Shown here piece by piece: positions 51,901 through 64,000 of a stretch of DNA of 64,000 nucleotides. Position numbers and translations under genes: made by a program. The stretch spans positions 37,076,001 through 37,140,000 of the forward strand of contig NC_043014.1 in NCBI RefSeq assembly GCF_006345805.1, written 5' to 3'. The notes under the pieces were generated by a model, which worked only from the letters and a program-made list of their open reading frames with translations, searched no databases and was not told where the DNA came from. Every line of letters begins with the position of its first letter. Within the stretch, counting starts at the first letter, position 1. The stretch comes from Octopus sinensis (lineage: Eukaryota).

Positions 51901-54807
51901 AGAAGTATTTAAGATCTCCAGATCTATGTTGTTTCAAAATTGGCTTGAATGAAAGAAAGATTAAATATGCAAAGATGACATAGTAGGAATATGATATGGT
52001 AATATATATTCAACAGGACACATCAATACAGGCATTCATCATCATTATCACCATTATCATTTTCCATGCTAGCACTAGTCAAATGGTTTGACAGGAACTG
52101 GCAAGCCAGAGGAGTGTGCCAAGCCCTACTGACAGCTTTGGTATGGCTTCTGCAGCTGGATGCACTTCCTAACGCCTAACCTGAAGGAGAGGGGCTCACT
52201 GAGGGGCCTGCAAAACTTGAGCTAGCATGAAAACTGAATCAAACAATACATGTAACTCTCACTAAATGTGTTGAGTGCCCTTTTCCCTCATTTGGCCACT
52301 CATATATTATGTCTCTTCTATTTTTTAATTAATATAAACCTTCCACTAGGAGGGAGCCAGTTTCTAACAAAGATACAAGGCTCCATCTCTGGGATGTAGT
52401 TAACACAGACAAATTCACATTTGGAACTTGAGAGAAGTCTTGCATATTTTTATTGTTCCACTCACAGATTGCACCTGTAATGTACGAATTAGCTGGTTGA
52501 TTTCCCTTTCTGAAAATCCCAGTTTATCTAGATTCTCCTATAAGCATTTACTAACAAAACCTAGTGCTCCAATTATTATTGGTATGAATATGAATTCATA
52601 GTCTGGATATAGAAGCTGGGGGTTTCGAAGCAGTTGTCCATAGATATCCTCTTTTTCTTTGATTTTCAAAGAGATATTTATATCTGCAGAGCAGCTGACC
52701 TCTATGATGGTATTTACCTTTACCCCTCTGTCCCAAACAACAATGTACAGCCTGTTATGTTTATATTTGACAGCTGTTTGATGGGAATATTCCACTAGTA
52801 TTCCTTGAATTGGTGTTTATGAATATACTCCATAACAGAGGGATTTTTAAAGTTTATTTCAGGACAGTCTTTTTTGTGGATGGCATAGTATATTGTTTGA
52901 GCAATAACATAGTGCCACATAGGAAGGTAGCACTGTGACGACATTTTAGGACAGCTGCTAATAACATGTGTGATGTCTTCTACAGAAACATTTACATAGC
53001 CTACACATATGGTTGCACCTTGGGATTACAAGAACGTCACTGTTTTTCTTGTTCACCAGGTACTTTGTGGCAACATACATGCATGGGTGGAAAATAAAAC
53101 ACACATTTAGATCAGTCAAATATGCTTGGGACATATCTAATCTGTAGTAAAGAATTTTCACTGCAGTTTGCAGTAGCAAAATATTTTCTGAAAATGTTAA
53201 CCAACACATACCCTTATTATAAGTACGTTGACAATAAAAAGCTCACACGCACATACTAATCAAAAGTTATGTCCCTTGTTTTGGAAACTTCATAAGCAAC
53301 ATGCCTATTTATACATTTAATTCCAAATAGATTAACACATGTCCCTTACTTGTAATGGAAGAATCACCTAAAGCTATGATGAGCTGAATGACAGCACAAA
53401 CCTGATCTCAGTCAGTTAAATGTAATTTTTCTTCTATTATAAAATAAATCTCTTATGCAAAAATTTAATCACTGAGACTTTTTTCACACAGAAAACTTGA
53501 ATTAAAATGTGATTTTTTTCCTCTCTCTCAAACCCACCACATGAATACACAAACTAATATGTTTTCAGTAAAACTATTACATGAAACATGGGCTGTGACT
53601 GCAGAAGACATATGAAAGCTTGAAAGAAATGAAGCTAATATGTTTTGCTGGATATGCAATGTCAGTAAGCACATATGACAGAGTGTAAGCATCTTGAGGG
53701 AAAAATTGGGCATAAGAGGCATCAGATGTGCAGGAGAGAAGATTGCACTGGTATGGTCATGTGATGCATATGGACGGGGATAGTCGTGTAAAGAAGTGCT
53801 GATTTCTAACTATGGAGGGATCCTGTGGAAGAGGTAGACCTAGAAAGACAGCGATGGTGTTGAGTGACTTAGAATGTCCTCAACACCACCATTCTTTCCT
53901 CTAAGTTTTTTAGTCATTGCTTGGGTGGGATGATTTCCCACTCTTACGCAGTGTTCAATTTCTTTGCCATGCTTTGAAGAAAAAGTTCAGGAAACAGTTC
54001 AAAACAACAAAAGTCCAAACAAAGTCAAAAAACACTTTGAAGGAAGACAAAAAGAGCAGAAAGACAAAGAAGAGAAAATGAAAGAAGGAAGACTGTTCAA
54101 AACATGGAAACACACAATTCCGGCCAACCGGTACTCCTGGCCAAAAGGTACTCCAAAGGTACTCCAAAAGTGAACAGGGACACAGCAGCAGGAACAGAAT
54201 TTCAAAAAAATCCACCACAAACTGGTAAAAATTCAAAAAATTCAAAACTTCACAATTTTTGGAGGCGGGATACGTCCTCAAAACAGCACTCTTCTCACAT
54301 CTAAGTGAGACACTTAGCGCAACTATAGGCAGACAAATGCCTTGGAATCCAGTGGGGATTTCTTGTTAAAGAAAAATGAACAAACCTCTACTGAATCCCA
54401 AAAAACAAATGTCTTACCTTATAGTCACGCCTTCTCAGTTCTTCAGTGCAAGACTGCGGCAAAGCAACGTCTTAACAACACCAGTGCAAAAGTAGAACTA
54501 ACTAACTATATAGTTTTATTCTTTTACTTGTCTCAGTCATTTGGCTCTGGTCATGCTGGAGCTCTACTTTGAAGGGTTTTAGTTGAACAAATGGTAATGG
54601 GGGAAAAAACACAGACACACACACACACACTCTTCTTTCCGTTTCTGTCTACCAAATCCACTCACAAGGCTTCGGTCAGCTTGAGACTATAGTAGAAGAC
54701 ACTTGCCCAAAGTGTTACATAGTGAAACTAAACCCAGAACCGTGTAGTTGGTCAGCAAGCTTCTTACCACATAGCCACACCTGCACCTATATATATATAT
54801 GTGTATA

Positions 54808-54839
<32 letters not shown>

Positions 54840-55081
54840 CACTCACACACACTATAGAATCCTGTAAATCTATATTTAATCTCATTGTCTTTGACTTATA
54901 TATTTTTACAATTTCTGTAACTTTCAGCAACCATCTTGAGGTGATGAGCTTAATGCTGAACTATGGGGCTAATGTCAATATACAAAATGATGAAGGTCAT
55001 AGTCCACTATGTCTGGCCATTATTATGAACTATATAAATCTGGTTAAGCCGTTACTTGAAGCTGCAAGAGACAGTGTTAAG
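42916..55081 (+). CDS. Ankyrin-repeat protein, first 4 exons (42916-42931, 50289-50395, 51735-51892, 54928-55081); 145 codons, 3' part not in window
   Basis: GT-AG exons with phases 1, 0, 2, 0. Product contains LSIACRLGDIATVKLLIE, VNASDKKGFTPLHYTVLGNHLEVMSLMLNYGANVNIQNDEGHSPLCLAIIMNYINLVKPLL (three ankyrin-type repeats). Exon 1 (ATG GGT GAC GTT ATT G|gtaagg) is the least certain. Ortholog not recognised. Confidence 0.8.
43056..44348 (-). mobile_element. Full-length mariner element (1293 bp)
   Basis: TA TSD on both sides; TIRs CGAGGG(G/A)CGTT(C/T)AATAAGTAATGCC. Confidence 0.95.
43129..44177 (-). pseudogene. Frameshifted mariner transposase
   Basis: HTH region MEPVECRAVIRFL, WIPRLL, ITQDETW, LLLQDNAPVH, broken YSPDL; at least three frameshifts. 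Confidence 0.92.
44420..44457 (+). ncRNA. Minimal type I hammerhead-like motif
   Basis: UCUUU CUGUUGA A GAGC-AUAG-GCUC GAAA CG UA AAAGA; core deviates (A6U, extra A). Confidence 0.55.
44604..44694 (-). ncRNA. Mirror copy of the same hammerhead on the left arm
   Basis: Reverse complement of 45650-45740. Confidence 0.72.
45650..45740 (+). ncRNA. Type I hammerhead ribozyme candidate with extended helix II
   Basis: Helix I UUUUAG/CUAAAA; CUGAUGA (45656-62); helix II GUAC-GGGAC/GUCCU-U-GUAU; GAAA (45723-26); palindromic helix III ACGAUCGU; GUA cleavage triplet (after 45734). Confidence 0.75.
46288..46670 (+). mobile_element. Non-autonomous Helitron (383 bp)
   Basis: Inserted between A and T; 5' TCTCTCTATATATAA; 3' GCAACGCCGGGCGATACTG-CTAG; no TSD. 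Confidence 0.72.
48532..49594. mobile_element. MULE-like non-autonomous element (outer)
   Basis: 9-bp TSD CAAGATGTG (48523-48531, 49595-49603); about 85-bp TIRs (G)GTACTACTTAAGAAGAGTGGTC. Confidence 0.75.
48688..49454. mobile_element. Fold-back MITE nested in the outer MULE-like element
   Basis: 8-bp TSD AACACAAA; TIR GGATCTTTTCCTTT(C/T)GAACGGCAG; arms extend to a centre near 49071. Confidence 0.82.
50954..51095 (+). pseudogene. Old mariner transposase remnant (duplicated near 61229-61370)
   Basis: LQQDNAGPH and ELIPHPAYSLDPAPSD fragments. Confidence 0.6.
52490..53215 (-). mobile_element. Decayed RLE-type (R2/R4/NeSL-like) non-LTR retrotransposon 3' fragment; duplicated near 62765-63490
   Basis: CRLCK zinc-finger start and HNRLYIVVWD...IIEVSC(S/P)ADINI...K.K...Y...IPIIIGALG, a restriction-like endonuclease signature. 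Confidence 0.75.
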
Positions 55082-56734
55082 GTGAGTCAATATATATTAT
55101 CATCATCATCCTCATATGTCTACTTTCTCTGCTGGCATGCATTGAATGGGTTGACTGACTGGAACAGCTCTGAGAAACTCATACCTCCTAACATAAAACA
55201 CTTTAATGAGCACATTGTTTCCAGGTACCATCACTGTAAAGGTTGCTGTACCCTTGACAAGGCAAGTGAACCTGCTTAACCCTGCATTCTCACTGCTTCA
55301 TTTGACAACTATACAGAACATAGGTCTGTTAAGAACCCTTGAATTTCTAAGGTCAGATCTTAACCCAGTTTCTTTGGCATATAGGTGTCTAACATCACAA
55401 TACAGTTCATCCCTGTATGGGATGCTGGTCTGTTGCATGGTTAACTTACCAACTATAGCTGGAGCTAAGTGGTGTGGAGCAGCATGAAATGAAGTGTTTT
55501 GCTCAAGAATGCAACATATGCATGGTTTGGAAATTGAAACCACAATCTTACAATTGTGTGTGTAACACACTCACCACTTGGCCATGAACCTTCTCTGTGC
55601 AGAATGCACTCAATACTTTTGTGTAGCACTACCACAAGGGTGGTTATTTTGTAAGGGAGAGTTAAACAAAGGGAGAGTAATGACTTCATGTGGAATAGGG
55701 AGAGAAATTGAAGTATGATGTGAGGAAGAGATTTGTCGTTATGAGAAGATGGTAGCGGGTAGAGTAACAGAGGGGACGGTGCAAGTAGGTTGTATTGGAA
55801 AAAGCAGACAAAAGGGAAAGGAAAAAGAGTTTAGTCTGGCATACGTACATACTTGTGCTCACCTTAAAATATGTATGTATCTAAATTTTGTACGACTCTT
55901 ACTCTGTCTATTAGTCCCCCTTTTATTATTTTTTTTTACTTGCTCCTCCTCTTTCTCATATTTCTTGGCCCTCTCTTTCTTTAACTCCCACTATTTCCCA
56001 CTCATTTATCTCCCCTGTACCTTTCTCTTTTTTTTTCTAATTCTTCAATCCCACTGCCTTCCAGTGCAATTGTTACCAGCATTGCCTTACTGGCACCTGT
56101 GACTGGTGTTCAGCCAGCCACAATCTTTCCTTTTTGGTCTGATTGCTGACCACCAACACCCCTTATGTCCATCTCCTATGTTCCTGCCTTTAGGCTTTCA
56201 CTTCATACACGCCAGCTCATTTGGATTTGTTCTCAGTTGAAAGACACCTGTTGTTATTTTCTTGCTGTTTGTATTCGTAATTGTGTACCATGTTTTCCGT
56301 TTTTTGTCTTTTTGTGAACCATATTCTCCGTCTTTTGTTGCTGTACATGTTTGCTAGCTTTTTTACAAAGGGATCTAATGCTCTTAGTTTAGACTTTTTT
56401 GGGGGCAACCAGATCAAACCATCTCAAGTGTAACTGCCCAAAATCGTTGTGACTTCTGGTACTTGACTGAAGAAAGAAGGCCACGAATGACCCATCTTTT
56501 TTGGCCTGTCTTTCTAATTGTTGTTTCTCTCGTCTGCCTCTTTGTATCGTCTATCTGTCCGAATGTTTTATTGTCCTCTACTCATTCCTTGGCAATACCT
56601 AGCCATATATACATATATGTGTGTGTGTGTGTTATGCAAATAAGAAGATAATATTTTTTCAAATGCAGAATTGCTGTTAGAACAACAGAAATACTGTGTA
56701 AATTACCCTCACAACACAGAAAAAATTGTCAACA

Positions 56735-56806
56735 ACCAGCCATGGGACTCAAACCCACATCCCTCAAAGACTCCAGCTGATTGTTTTACCATGAAGCTAA
56801 ACTGCC
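56735..56806 (-). pseudogene. Decayed tRNA-like sequence (72 nt), probably a SINE head or tRNA pseudogene
   Basis: T-arm GTGGG-TTTGAGT-CCCAT and a partial D-arm at correct spacing; anticodon stem does not pair. Confidence 0.45.
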
Positions 56807-57654
56807 TGCTAATGAATTCACCACTGAATTTAGATGCTAAACACTTTAGCTGTATGGAACAACCATGTGCATATAAATGTAAAGAAATATTAGTTCTTTT
56901 GTTAGAAGCACCGAAAATATGTATTCTATGATACAAATAAGATATTTTTTCAAATGCAGAAATATTGGGTTAAATTACCCTTACAAGGTGTATATACATT
57001 CAGAGTTTTGGGATAAAGCTTTCAGAAATAAGCCATTAAGTCAACTATTGATTCTGTGAAATATTCACGGGACCTGCTGTTGTACTTGTCTCCTTTCATA
57101 CAAATATGTATGTATATATGCTTGTATATCTGCAGGTGTAGGTGTGTTTGACAGACAGGAGGGTGTATTTGTGTACATATCTATATACATAGCCCTATAC
57201 ATACATAACTCATAGGTATATTCAAGATTTTGTGGCGAATGTGAATGTGTTTATGGTTTATGTTTTGTGTATGTGTTTTTATTTGTATAAACGTCTATAT
57301 ATATATGCGAGGATGATTTTGACTACGCATTTATACGTATGTGTGTATATTTGTACATATGTATACATGTGTGGTTTTGTGTATCTGCATATGTATGTGC
57401 ATGTGCATATAGAGATGTGTACATGAACATAATGATGCGTGCATGGGCACATATAGGTGTGTATGTGTGTGCGTATGTGTATGTATATAGGTGTACATAT
57501 GCAGATTCAATGAACGAAGTTTTACTTTCACTATGCCTATTGGAGTAACTTCCCTTTATTCATCATTTTTTTTTTTCACATAGCGTTTTTGTCTTAATAA
57601 CTGATGATATGCCAGAGCATGCTTCAACCCCGGCATCCGAAACTCTATATATTC

Positions 57655-58055
57655 ATTTACTCATTTACTTGTTTCAGTCATTTGACTGTGGCCATGCTGG
57701 AGCACCGGCTTTATTCGAGGAAATCGACCCCAGGACTTATTCTTCGTAAGCCTAGTACTTATTCTATCGGTCTCTTTTGCCGAACCGCTAAGTTTCGGAG
57801 ACGTAAACACACCAGCATCAGTTGTCAAGCGATGTTGGGTGGGGGAACAAACACAACACACAAACATACACATATATATATATACATATATACGACGGGC
57901 TTCTTTCAGTTTCTGCCTACCAAATCCACACACAAGGCTTTGGTCGGCCCATGGCTATAGTAGAAGACATTTGCCCAAGGTGCCACGCAGTGGGACTGAA
58001 CCCAGAACCATGTGGTTGTTAAGCAAGCTACTTACCACACAGCCACTCCTACGCC
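57655..58055 (-). mobile_element. SINE family A
   Basis: Reverse-complement match. Confidence 0.85.
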
Positions 58056-58104
58056 TGGAGTATATATATATATATATGTGTGTATATCTCTAGCTATCTC
58101 TCTA

Positions 58105-58116
58105 TCACTCTCTCTC

Positions 58117-58210
<94 letters not shown>
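58105..58210. repeat. (TA)n microsatellite
   Basis: Direct reading. Confidence 0.95.
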
Positions 58211-58215
<5 letters not shown>

Positions 58216-59029
58216 TACGTTATGTTATATAATTAGGGTTCAGTAAAATAATTTACTTTACCACACACTGAACTTTTAGAAATAGCAGCCAAAAAATCTT
58301 AGCTATTTCTTCTACTATAAGAACAATCTCCCAGACAATGTATACTCAAAAATAATTCACGCAGGTATGGAGGGAAAAATAACAAAAGATCACATGTACA
58401 TTAATATTACTTAAGAACGTACGTTTCTAGATTAGTTGAATTTAAAGATCAACATTTCCTTCGTCAGCTCAAAGATTTCTTAGATTTGGATTTGAGAGCA
58501 CTAAAGTACGAATGAGGCTTTGCATTCATCCCGCTTCCACCCACGTGAGTTATAGAGTAAACAAATTCCTATAGAGAGAACTGTAGTTGAAAAACAGGGA
58601 GAGAGAATTATATTATCAATAATAAGAGTTCAGTGTGTGGTGAAGTAAATTATTTTACTGAACCCTAATTATATAACGTAATGTTTTGTGGCACTTTGGG
58701 TAGGTGTCTTCTACTATAGCCCCGAGCCAACCGAAGCTTTGTGATTGAATTCGGTAGGTGGAAGTTACTGCCGTGTGTGTATGTGTGCGTATAGCTGCTC
58801 AGTGCCTCTCCGAAAGAGAGAGAGGGAATGTTTTAAATATACCTTAAATGGTCCTCTTACATACTGAACACTACTTGGTAAAATTAATTAATAATTAATT
58901 GATTTTACCCTTTTATTATTGATAATATAATTCTCTATCCCTGTTTTTCAACTACAGTTCTCTCTGTAGGAATTTTTTTACTCTATAACTCACGTGGGTG
59001 GAAGCGGGATGAATGCAAAGCCTCATTCT

Positions 59030-60138
59030 CCAAAGGTCTTAGTCACTTGTCATTACCTCCGTGAGGCCCAACATTCGATGGTCATGCTTCACCAGCTCAT
59101 GCCATGTCTTGCTCGGTCTACATCTTCCACAGGTTAGGGTGTGACATGTCACAAAGCTATCCTCATTCATATGCAGCACATGACTATACCAGTGCAGCCA
59201 TCTCTCTTGCACACTACGTTTGATGCTTCTTAAGTCCAACCTTTCTCTCAGGGTGCTTGCACTTGGTTGTGTATGCACACTCACATTACATATCCAGTGG
59301 AGCATAGTAGCTTCATTTCTTTCAAGCCTATGCATGTCTGCAGTAGTCTCAGCTCATGTTTGACTGCTATGTAGCATGGCTGTTTGTGCACAGGCATTAT
59401 ACAATCTAAATTCCACTCTGAGGAAGAGGCCCTTTGTTACCAGCAGATGTAGGAACTCACTGAACTTTGGTCAGGCTATTCTTATTCTAGCAGCTACACT
59501 CTCAGAGTATCCATCCCTGCTTCTGACTTGGTCACCTAGGTAATGGAAGCTATCAACTACTTCTAGTTTTTCTCCTTGCATATGAAGGGAGTTTTCTGTA
59601 CTTCTTCGGTGTTTATTGCACCTGTGCATCTTCCACACACAAAAACTATCTTCCCATTTAACCTTCCTTTGATATTGCTGCAGCTTACATGTGTCCATAG
59701 CTTATACCTGATATATCTTATGGCGTTTCTACCTATACCTTTTCTACAGCAGGGCCATCTACCTGAAGGGATTTGTGATTTGTTTGCCTTCCTACTTACT
59801 AAGACATTGGTTTTTGCTAGATCCTTTTGATTCTAGACCTTGCTTCCACACTTGAAATGTCTTCTTTAGTTCTGGTAGTGACTCAGAGTTTAGAGCAAGA
59901 TAATCAGCATAGAGGCAGGGCAGCCTGTCTTGAATTCCTCTATTATTGCCTGGAGGACTATGATGAATAAGATGGGGTTTAGGACTGATCCTTGGTGAAC
60001 CCCTACTTCTACCCAGAATTCTTTCCTATACTCATTGACAACTTTCACCTTACTGACAGCATCCCTGTGCTTGAATTATACAGCTCTTACCAATCAATCG
60101 CCTATCCCTAGTTTCCGCAGTGACCACCAGATAAGAGA
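59030..60138 (-). mobile_element. Decayed RTE LINE fragment running into the gap
   Basis: LEVVDSFHYLGDQV, MLHWICNVSVH, LHWYSHVLHM; homologous to 32279-34050. Confidence 0.88.
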
Positions 60139-60238
60139 NNNNNNNNNNNNNNNNNNNNNNNNNNNNNNNNNNNNNNNNNNNNNNNNNNNNNNNNNNNNNN
60201 NNNNNNNNNNNNNNNNNNNNNNNNNNNNNNNNNNNNNN
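60139..60238. other. Assembly gap (100 N)
   Basis: Run of exactly 100 N. Confidence 0.99.
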
Positions 60239-60563
60239 AGCTCAAGACATACAATGTCTCCATTGCTCTGATCAGCAATACTGAGTATTCCACCATGCAA
60301 GAGTTAATTGTAACCAGGCCGACTGTAGAAAGCAGAGTAACTCACCTAACTTACAGGCAAAATACTTTGGTTAATTGTTTTTTTAGTATTAAGAAGAATA
60401 TCCAACTACAAATAAGAGCTGCTTTAGAAAGTCTGAAGTTTTCAATGTTTATGTAGTTTCATGTTAGGACAATGTAAAAACTATTACAGTTTTTACATAT
60501 TGTTGTTGAGCTCATTTTATCAGTTTCTTTCAACTCTTTATTTTTGTTTCTTTCTCTTACCAG

Positions 60564-60670
60564 GTCGGGATATTGAAGGTAATACTTATACTCAGTATGA
60601 TATTTTATATGAGCTTATTCAGGGTGATAGTAGATGGATTAAACAATGTTTTACACAAAATCCACGTTTG
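60564..60670 (+). CDS. Duplicate of ankyrin-gene exon 2
   Basis: Identical to 50289-50395 (offset 10275). Confidence 0.6.
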
Positions 60671-62009
60671 GTAAGCTGCTCCTTTATTGTTTTCCCCTAA
60701 TGCATCTATTTATTATTTTATTTTTATGATCAGGTTCACTTCCACCACATGGAACATTGGGCAATTGTCTTTTTGCTATAGCCCTAGAGCAATCAAATCC
60801 TTGTGAGTGGATTTAGTAGACAGAAACTGAAAGACACCCATCCCAATATGTATGTGTGTTTGTGGTTTGTATGCATATATGTGTGCATGTTTGTATCTGG
60901 ACAACAGTTGTAAACAAATAGTTGTTAGTGAATCTTACCATATTTGAAGCAGTGTCCTTCATTCCCTATCTTTCATCTTTTGACATCTATTGTCCATGCT
61001 GACATGGGTTCTTCTTTATAGACCTATACAGCTATCAGGAAACTTGCCACCAAACATGGGCATTTTGAACACAGAGTGGTGCTTTCTGTCTAGTGGACTT
61101 ACAAAGGGATAATTCCCTACGAGTTCCAGATGGCCAAACCATTGTTACTAACCTATACTCCAAACAGCTGGAGCAGATGTATGCCATTGTATGATAGAAA
61201 TACCTAGCATTGGTTAAACGACAGTGAGCTTTCCTGCAACAAGACAATGCAGGACCTCACACCACTTGAACAAGCTAGAATAAATTCTAGGAATTAGAGG
61301 GAATTGAACTGATTCCACATCCAGCTTACAGTTTGGACCCAGCTCCCTCAGATTTATTACATTTTTTGCTATCCTGAAAGTGCATTCTGCCATCCTAAAT
61401 ATCTCCTTAGGCAAAGCTATGCTGGACAAATGAATTGTGGCTCTTGTCTATAATTTCAGCTAACAAACTAATTGCTGATACATGCTGATATCTACCAAGT
61501 GATAATAAATCACAATATGCGCAGTGAAGAACAAGAAACAGAATGATAAGACATATATTCATTCTTAATACATTCTGGCCGATTCCAGTTTCAATATAGA
61601 AATCACAGTTGTATTTCATTGTTGAAGAACTCACTGCAAATGAGTGTGTGTTCATAACAAAAAAAATTAAATTGTAACTAAATTGTCTGCTTGAATTGTA
61701 CTATCCTACTTACATTGATTTTAAGAGAAGCTATGAATACTCATTAATTATCAGTTTCATAATTAAATAAATAGCTTCACTAACCTTTTTGAAAGATCAG
61801 ATCATTATGAAGTTATAATTTTCACAAGTTCAGCTGCTTCATTTTCTATAAAGAAGCTTTCCCCGACTCTCTTTCTCTTTGTTGTATACCTTCCCTTTGC
61901 ATCTAATTTATCTCCTACTGTTCTGATCTTTCTTTTAATATTTTTCCTCATTATCTCACACCCTCTCATATTTAGCAATTTTGACATGCTTTCACTTTAA
62001 TCTCTGCAG

Positions 62010-62167
62010 ATTCTTCGAAACAGTGTATGTGGTCTAAGTTACCTGTCTATTGCTTGTCGGCTGGGTGACATAGCTACAGTGAAATTGCTGATAGAAAACA
62101 ATGATCAATGCAATGTAAATGCATCTGATAAAAAAGGCTTTACACCGTTACATTATACTGTGCTTGG
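62010..62167 (+). CDS. Duplicate of ankyrin-gene exon 3
   Basis: Identical to 51735-51892 (offset 10275). Confidence 0.6.
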
Positions 62168-64000
62168 GTAAGTTTAGAAGTATTTAAGATCTCCAGATCT
62201 ATGTTGTTTCAAAATTGGCTTGAATGAAAGAAAGATTAAATATGCAAAGATGACATAGTAGGAATATGATATGGTAATATATATTCAACAGGACACATCA
62301 ATACAGGCATTCATCATCATTATCACCATTATCATTTTCCATGCTAGCACTAGTCAAATGGTTTGACAGGAACTGGCAAGCCAGAGGAGTGTGCCAAGCC
62401 CTACTGTCAGCTTTGGTATGGCTTCTGCAGCTGGATGCACTTCCTAACGCCTAACCTGAAGGAGAGGGGCTCACTGAGAGGCCTGCAAAACTTGAGCTAG
62501 CATGAAAACTGAATCAAATAATACATGTAACTCTCACTAAATGTGTTGAGTGCCCTTTTCCCTCATTTGGCCACTCATATATTGTCTCTTCTATTTTTTA
62601 ATTAATATAAACCTTCCACTAGGAGGGAGCCAGTTTCTAACAAAGATACAAGGTTCCATCTCTGGGATGTAGTTAACACAGACAAATTCACATTTGGAAC
62701 TTGAGAGAAGTCTTGCATATTTTTATTGTTCCACTCACAGATTGCACCTGTAATGTACGAATTAGCTGGTTGATTTCCCTTTCTGAAAATCCCAGTTTAT
62801 CTAGATTCTCCTATAAGCATTTACTAACAAAACCTAGTGCTCCAATTATTATTGGTATGAATATGAATTCATAGTCTGGATATAGAAGCTGGGGGTTTCG
62901 AAGCAGTTGTCCATATATATACTCTTTTTCTTTGATTTTCAAAGAGATATTTATATCTGCAGGGCAGCTGACCTCTATGATGGTACTTACCTTTACCCCT
63001 CTGTCCCAAACAACAATGTACAGCCTGTTATGTTTATATTTGACAGCTGTTTGATGGGAATATTCCACTAGTATTCCTTGAATTGGTGTTTATGAATATA
63101 CTCCATAACAGAGGGATTTTTAAAGTTTATTTCAGGACAGTCTTTTTTGTGGATGGCATAGTATATTGTTTGAGCAATAACATAGTGTCACATAGGGGGG
63201 TAGCACTGTGACAACATTTTAGGACAGCTGCTAATCACATGTGTGATGTCTTCTACAGAAACATTTACATAGCCTACACATATGGTTGCACCTTGGGATT
63301 ACAAGAACGTCACTGTTTTTCTTGTTCACCAGGTACTTTGTGGCAACATACATGCATGGGTGGAAAATAAAACACACATTTAGATCAGTCAAATATGCTT
63401 GGGACATATCTAATCTGTAGTAAAGAATTTTCACTGCAGTTTGCAGTAGCAAAATATTTTCTGAAAATGTTAACCAACACATACCCTTATTATAAGTCCG
63501 TTGACAATGAAAAGCTCACACGCACATACTAATCAAAAGTTATGTCCCTTGTTTTGGAAATGTCATAAGCAACATGCCTATTTATACATTTAATTCCAAA
63601 TAGATTAACACATGTCCCTTACTTTTAATGAAAGAATCACCTAAAGCTATGATGAGCTGAATGACAGCACAAACCTGATCTCAGTCAGTTAAATGTAATT
63701 TTTCTTCTATTATAAAATAAATCTCTTATGCAAAAATTTAATCACTGAGACTTTTTTCACACAGAAAACTTGAATTAAAATGTGATTTTTTTCCTCTCTC
63801 TCAAACCCACCACATGAATACACAAACTAATATGTTTTCAGTAAAACTATTACATGAAACATGGGCTGTGACTGCAGAAGACATATGAAAGCTTGAAAGA
63901 AATGAAGCTAATATGTTTTGCTGGATATGCAATGTCAGTAAGCACATATGACAGAGTGTAAGCATCTTGAGGGAAAAATTGGGCATAAGAGGCATCAGAT

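Larger units (their letters stand above)
60239..64000 (+). repeat. Direct duplicate of 49964-53727
   Basis: Offset 10275, then 10273 after a 2-bp indel; near-identical. Confidence 0.97.

Noticed and set aside
42916-55081. Naming the ankyrin gene (e.g. ANKRD27 or MIB2)
   Set aside because: Only generic ankyrin repeats are visible; no diagnostic domain.
56460-56500. Hammerhead at CTGAAGA...GAAT
   Set aside because: Helix II and III do not pair; at most a badly decayed remnant.
56735-56806. Functional tRNA gene
   Set aside because: Anticodon stem and acceptor stem are broken, and the T-loop is TTT rather than TTC.

Overview
AT-rich, repeat-dense metazoan genomic DNA, most likely an octopus (inferred from the SINE, RTE and microsatellite landscape). 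Two intron-containing genes lie head-to-head. On the minus strand are 13 phase-consistent coding exons of GPATCH1 (ATG at 41050, about 671 codons, continuing off the left edge), with a 1-nt frameshift in exon 10. On the plus strand are 4 exons of an ankyrin-repeat gene (likely ATG at 42916). Exons 2-3 of that gene are repeated after a 100-N gap, probably an assembly or haplotype duplicate. The introns hold tRNA-derived SINEs, RTE, CR1 and RLE-type LINE relics, mariner, piggyBac-like and MULE-like MITEs, and a Helitron. The most interesting signals are: (1) a family of microsatellite-embedded elements carrying a type I hammerhead ribozyme with an extended, branched helix II, supported by compensatory changes across three diverged loci, two of which are near-perfect fold-back palindromes of 356 bp and 1197 bp; (2) two separate minimal hammerheads with palindromic helix III; (3) an intact ORF1-only (Gag-like, CCHC) 2.0-kb retroelement inserted with a target-site duplication into the tRNA head of a SINE. 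All alignments, folds and translations were done by eye; boundaries of decayed repeats are approximate.
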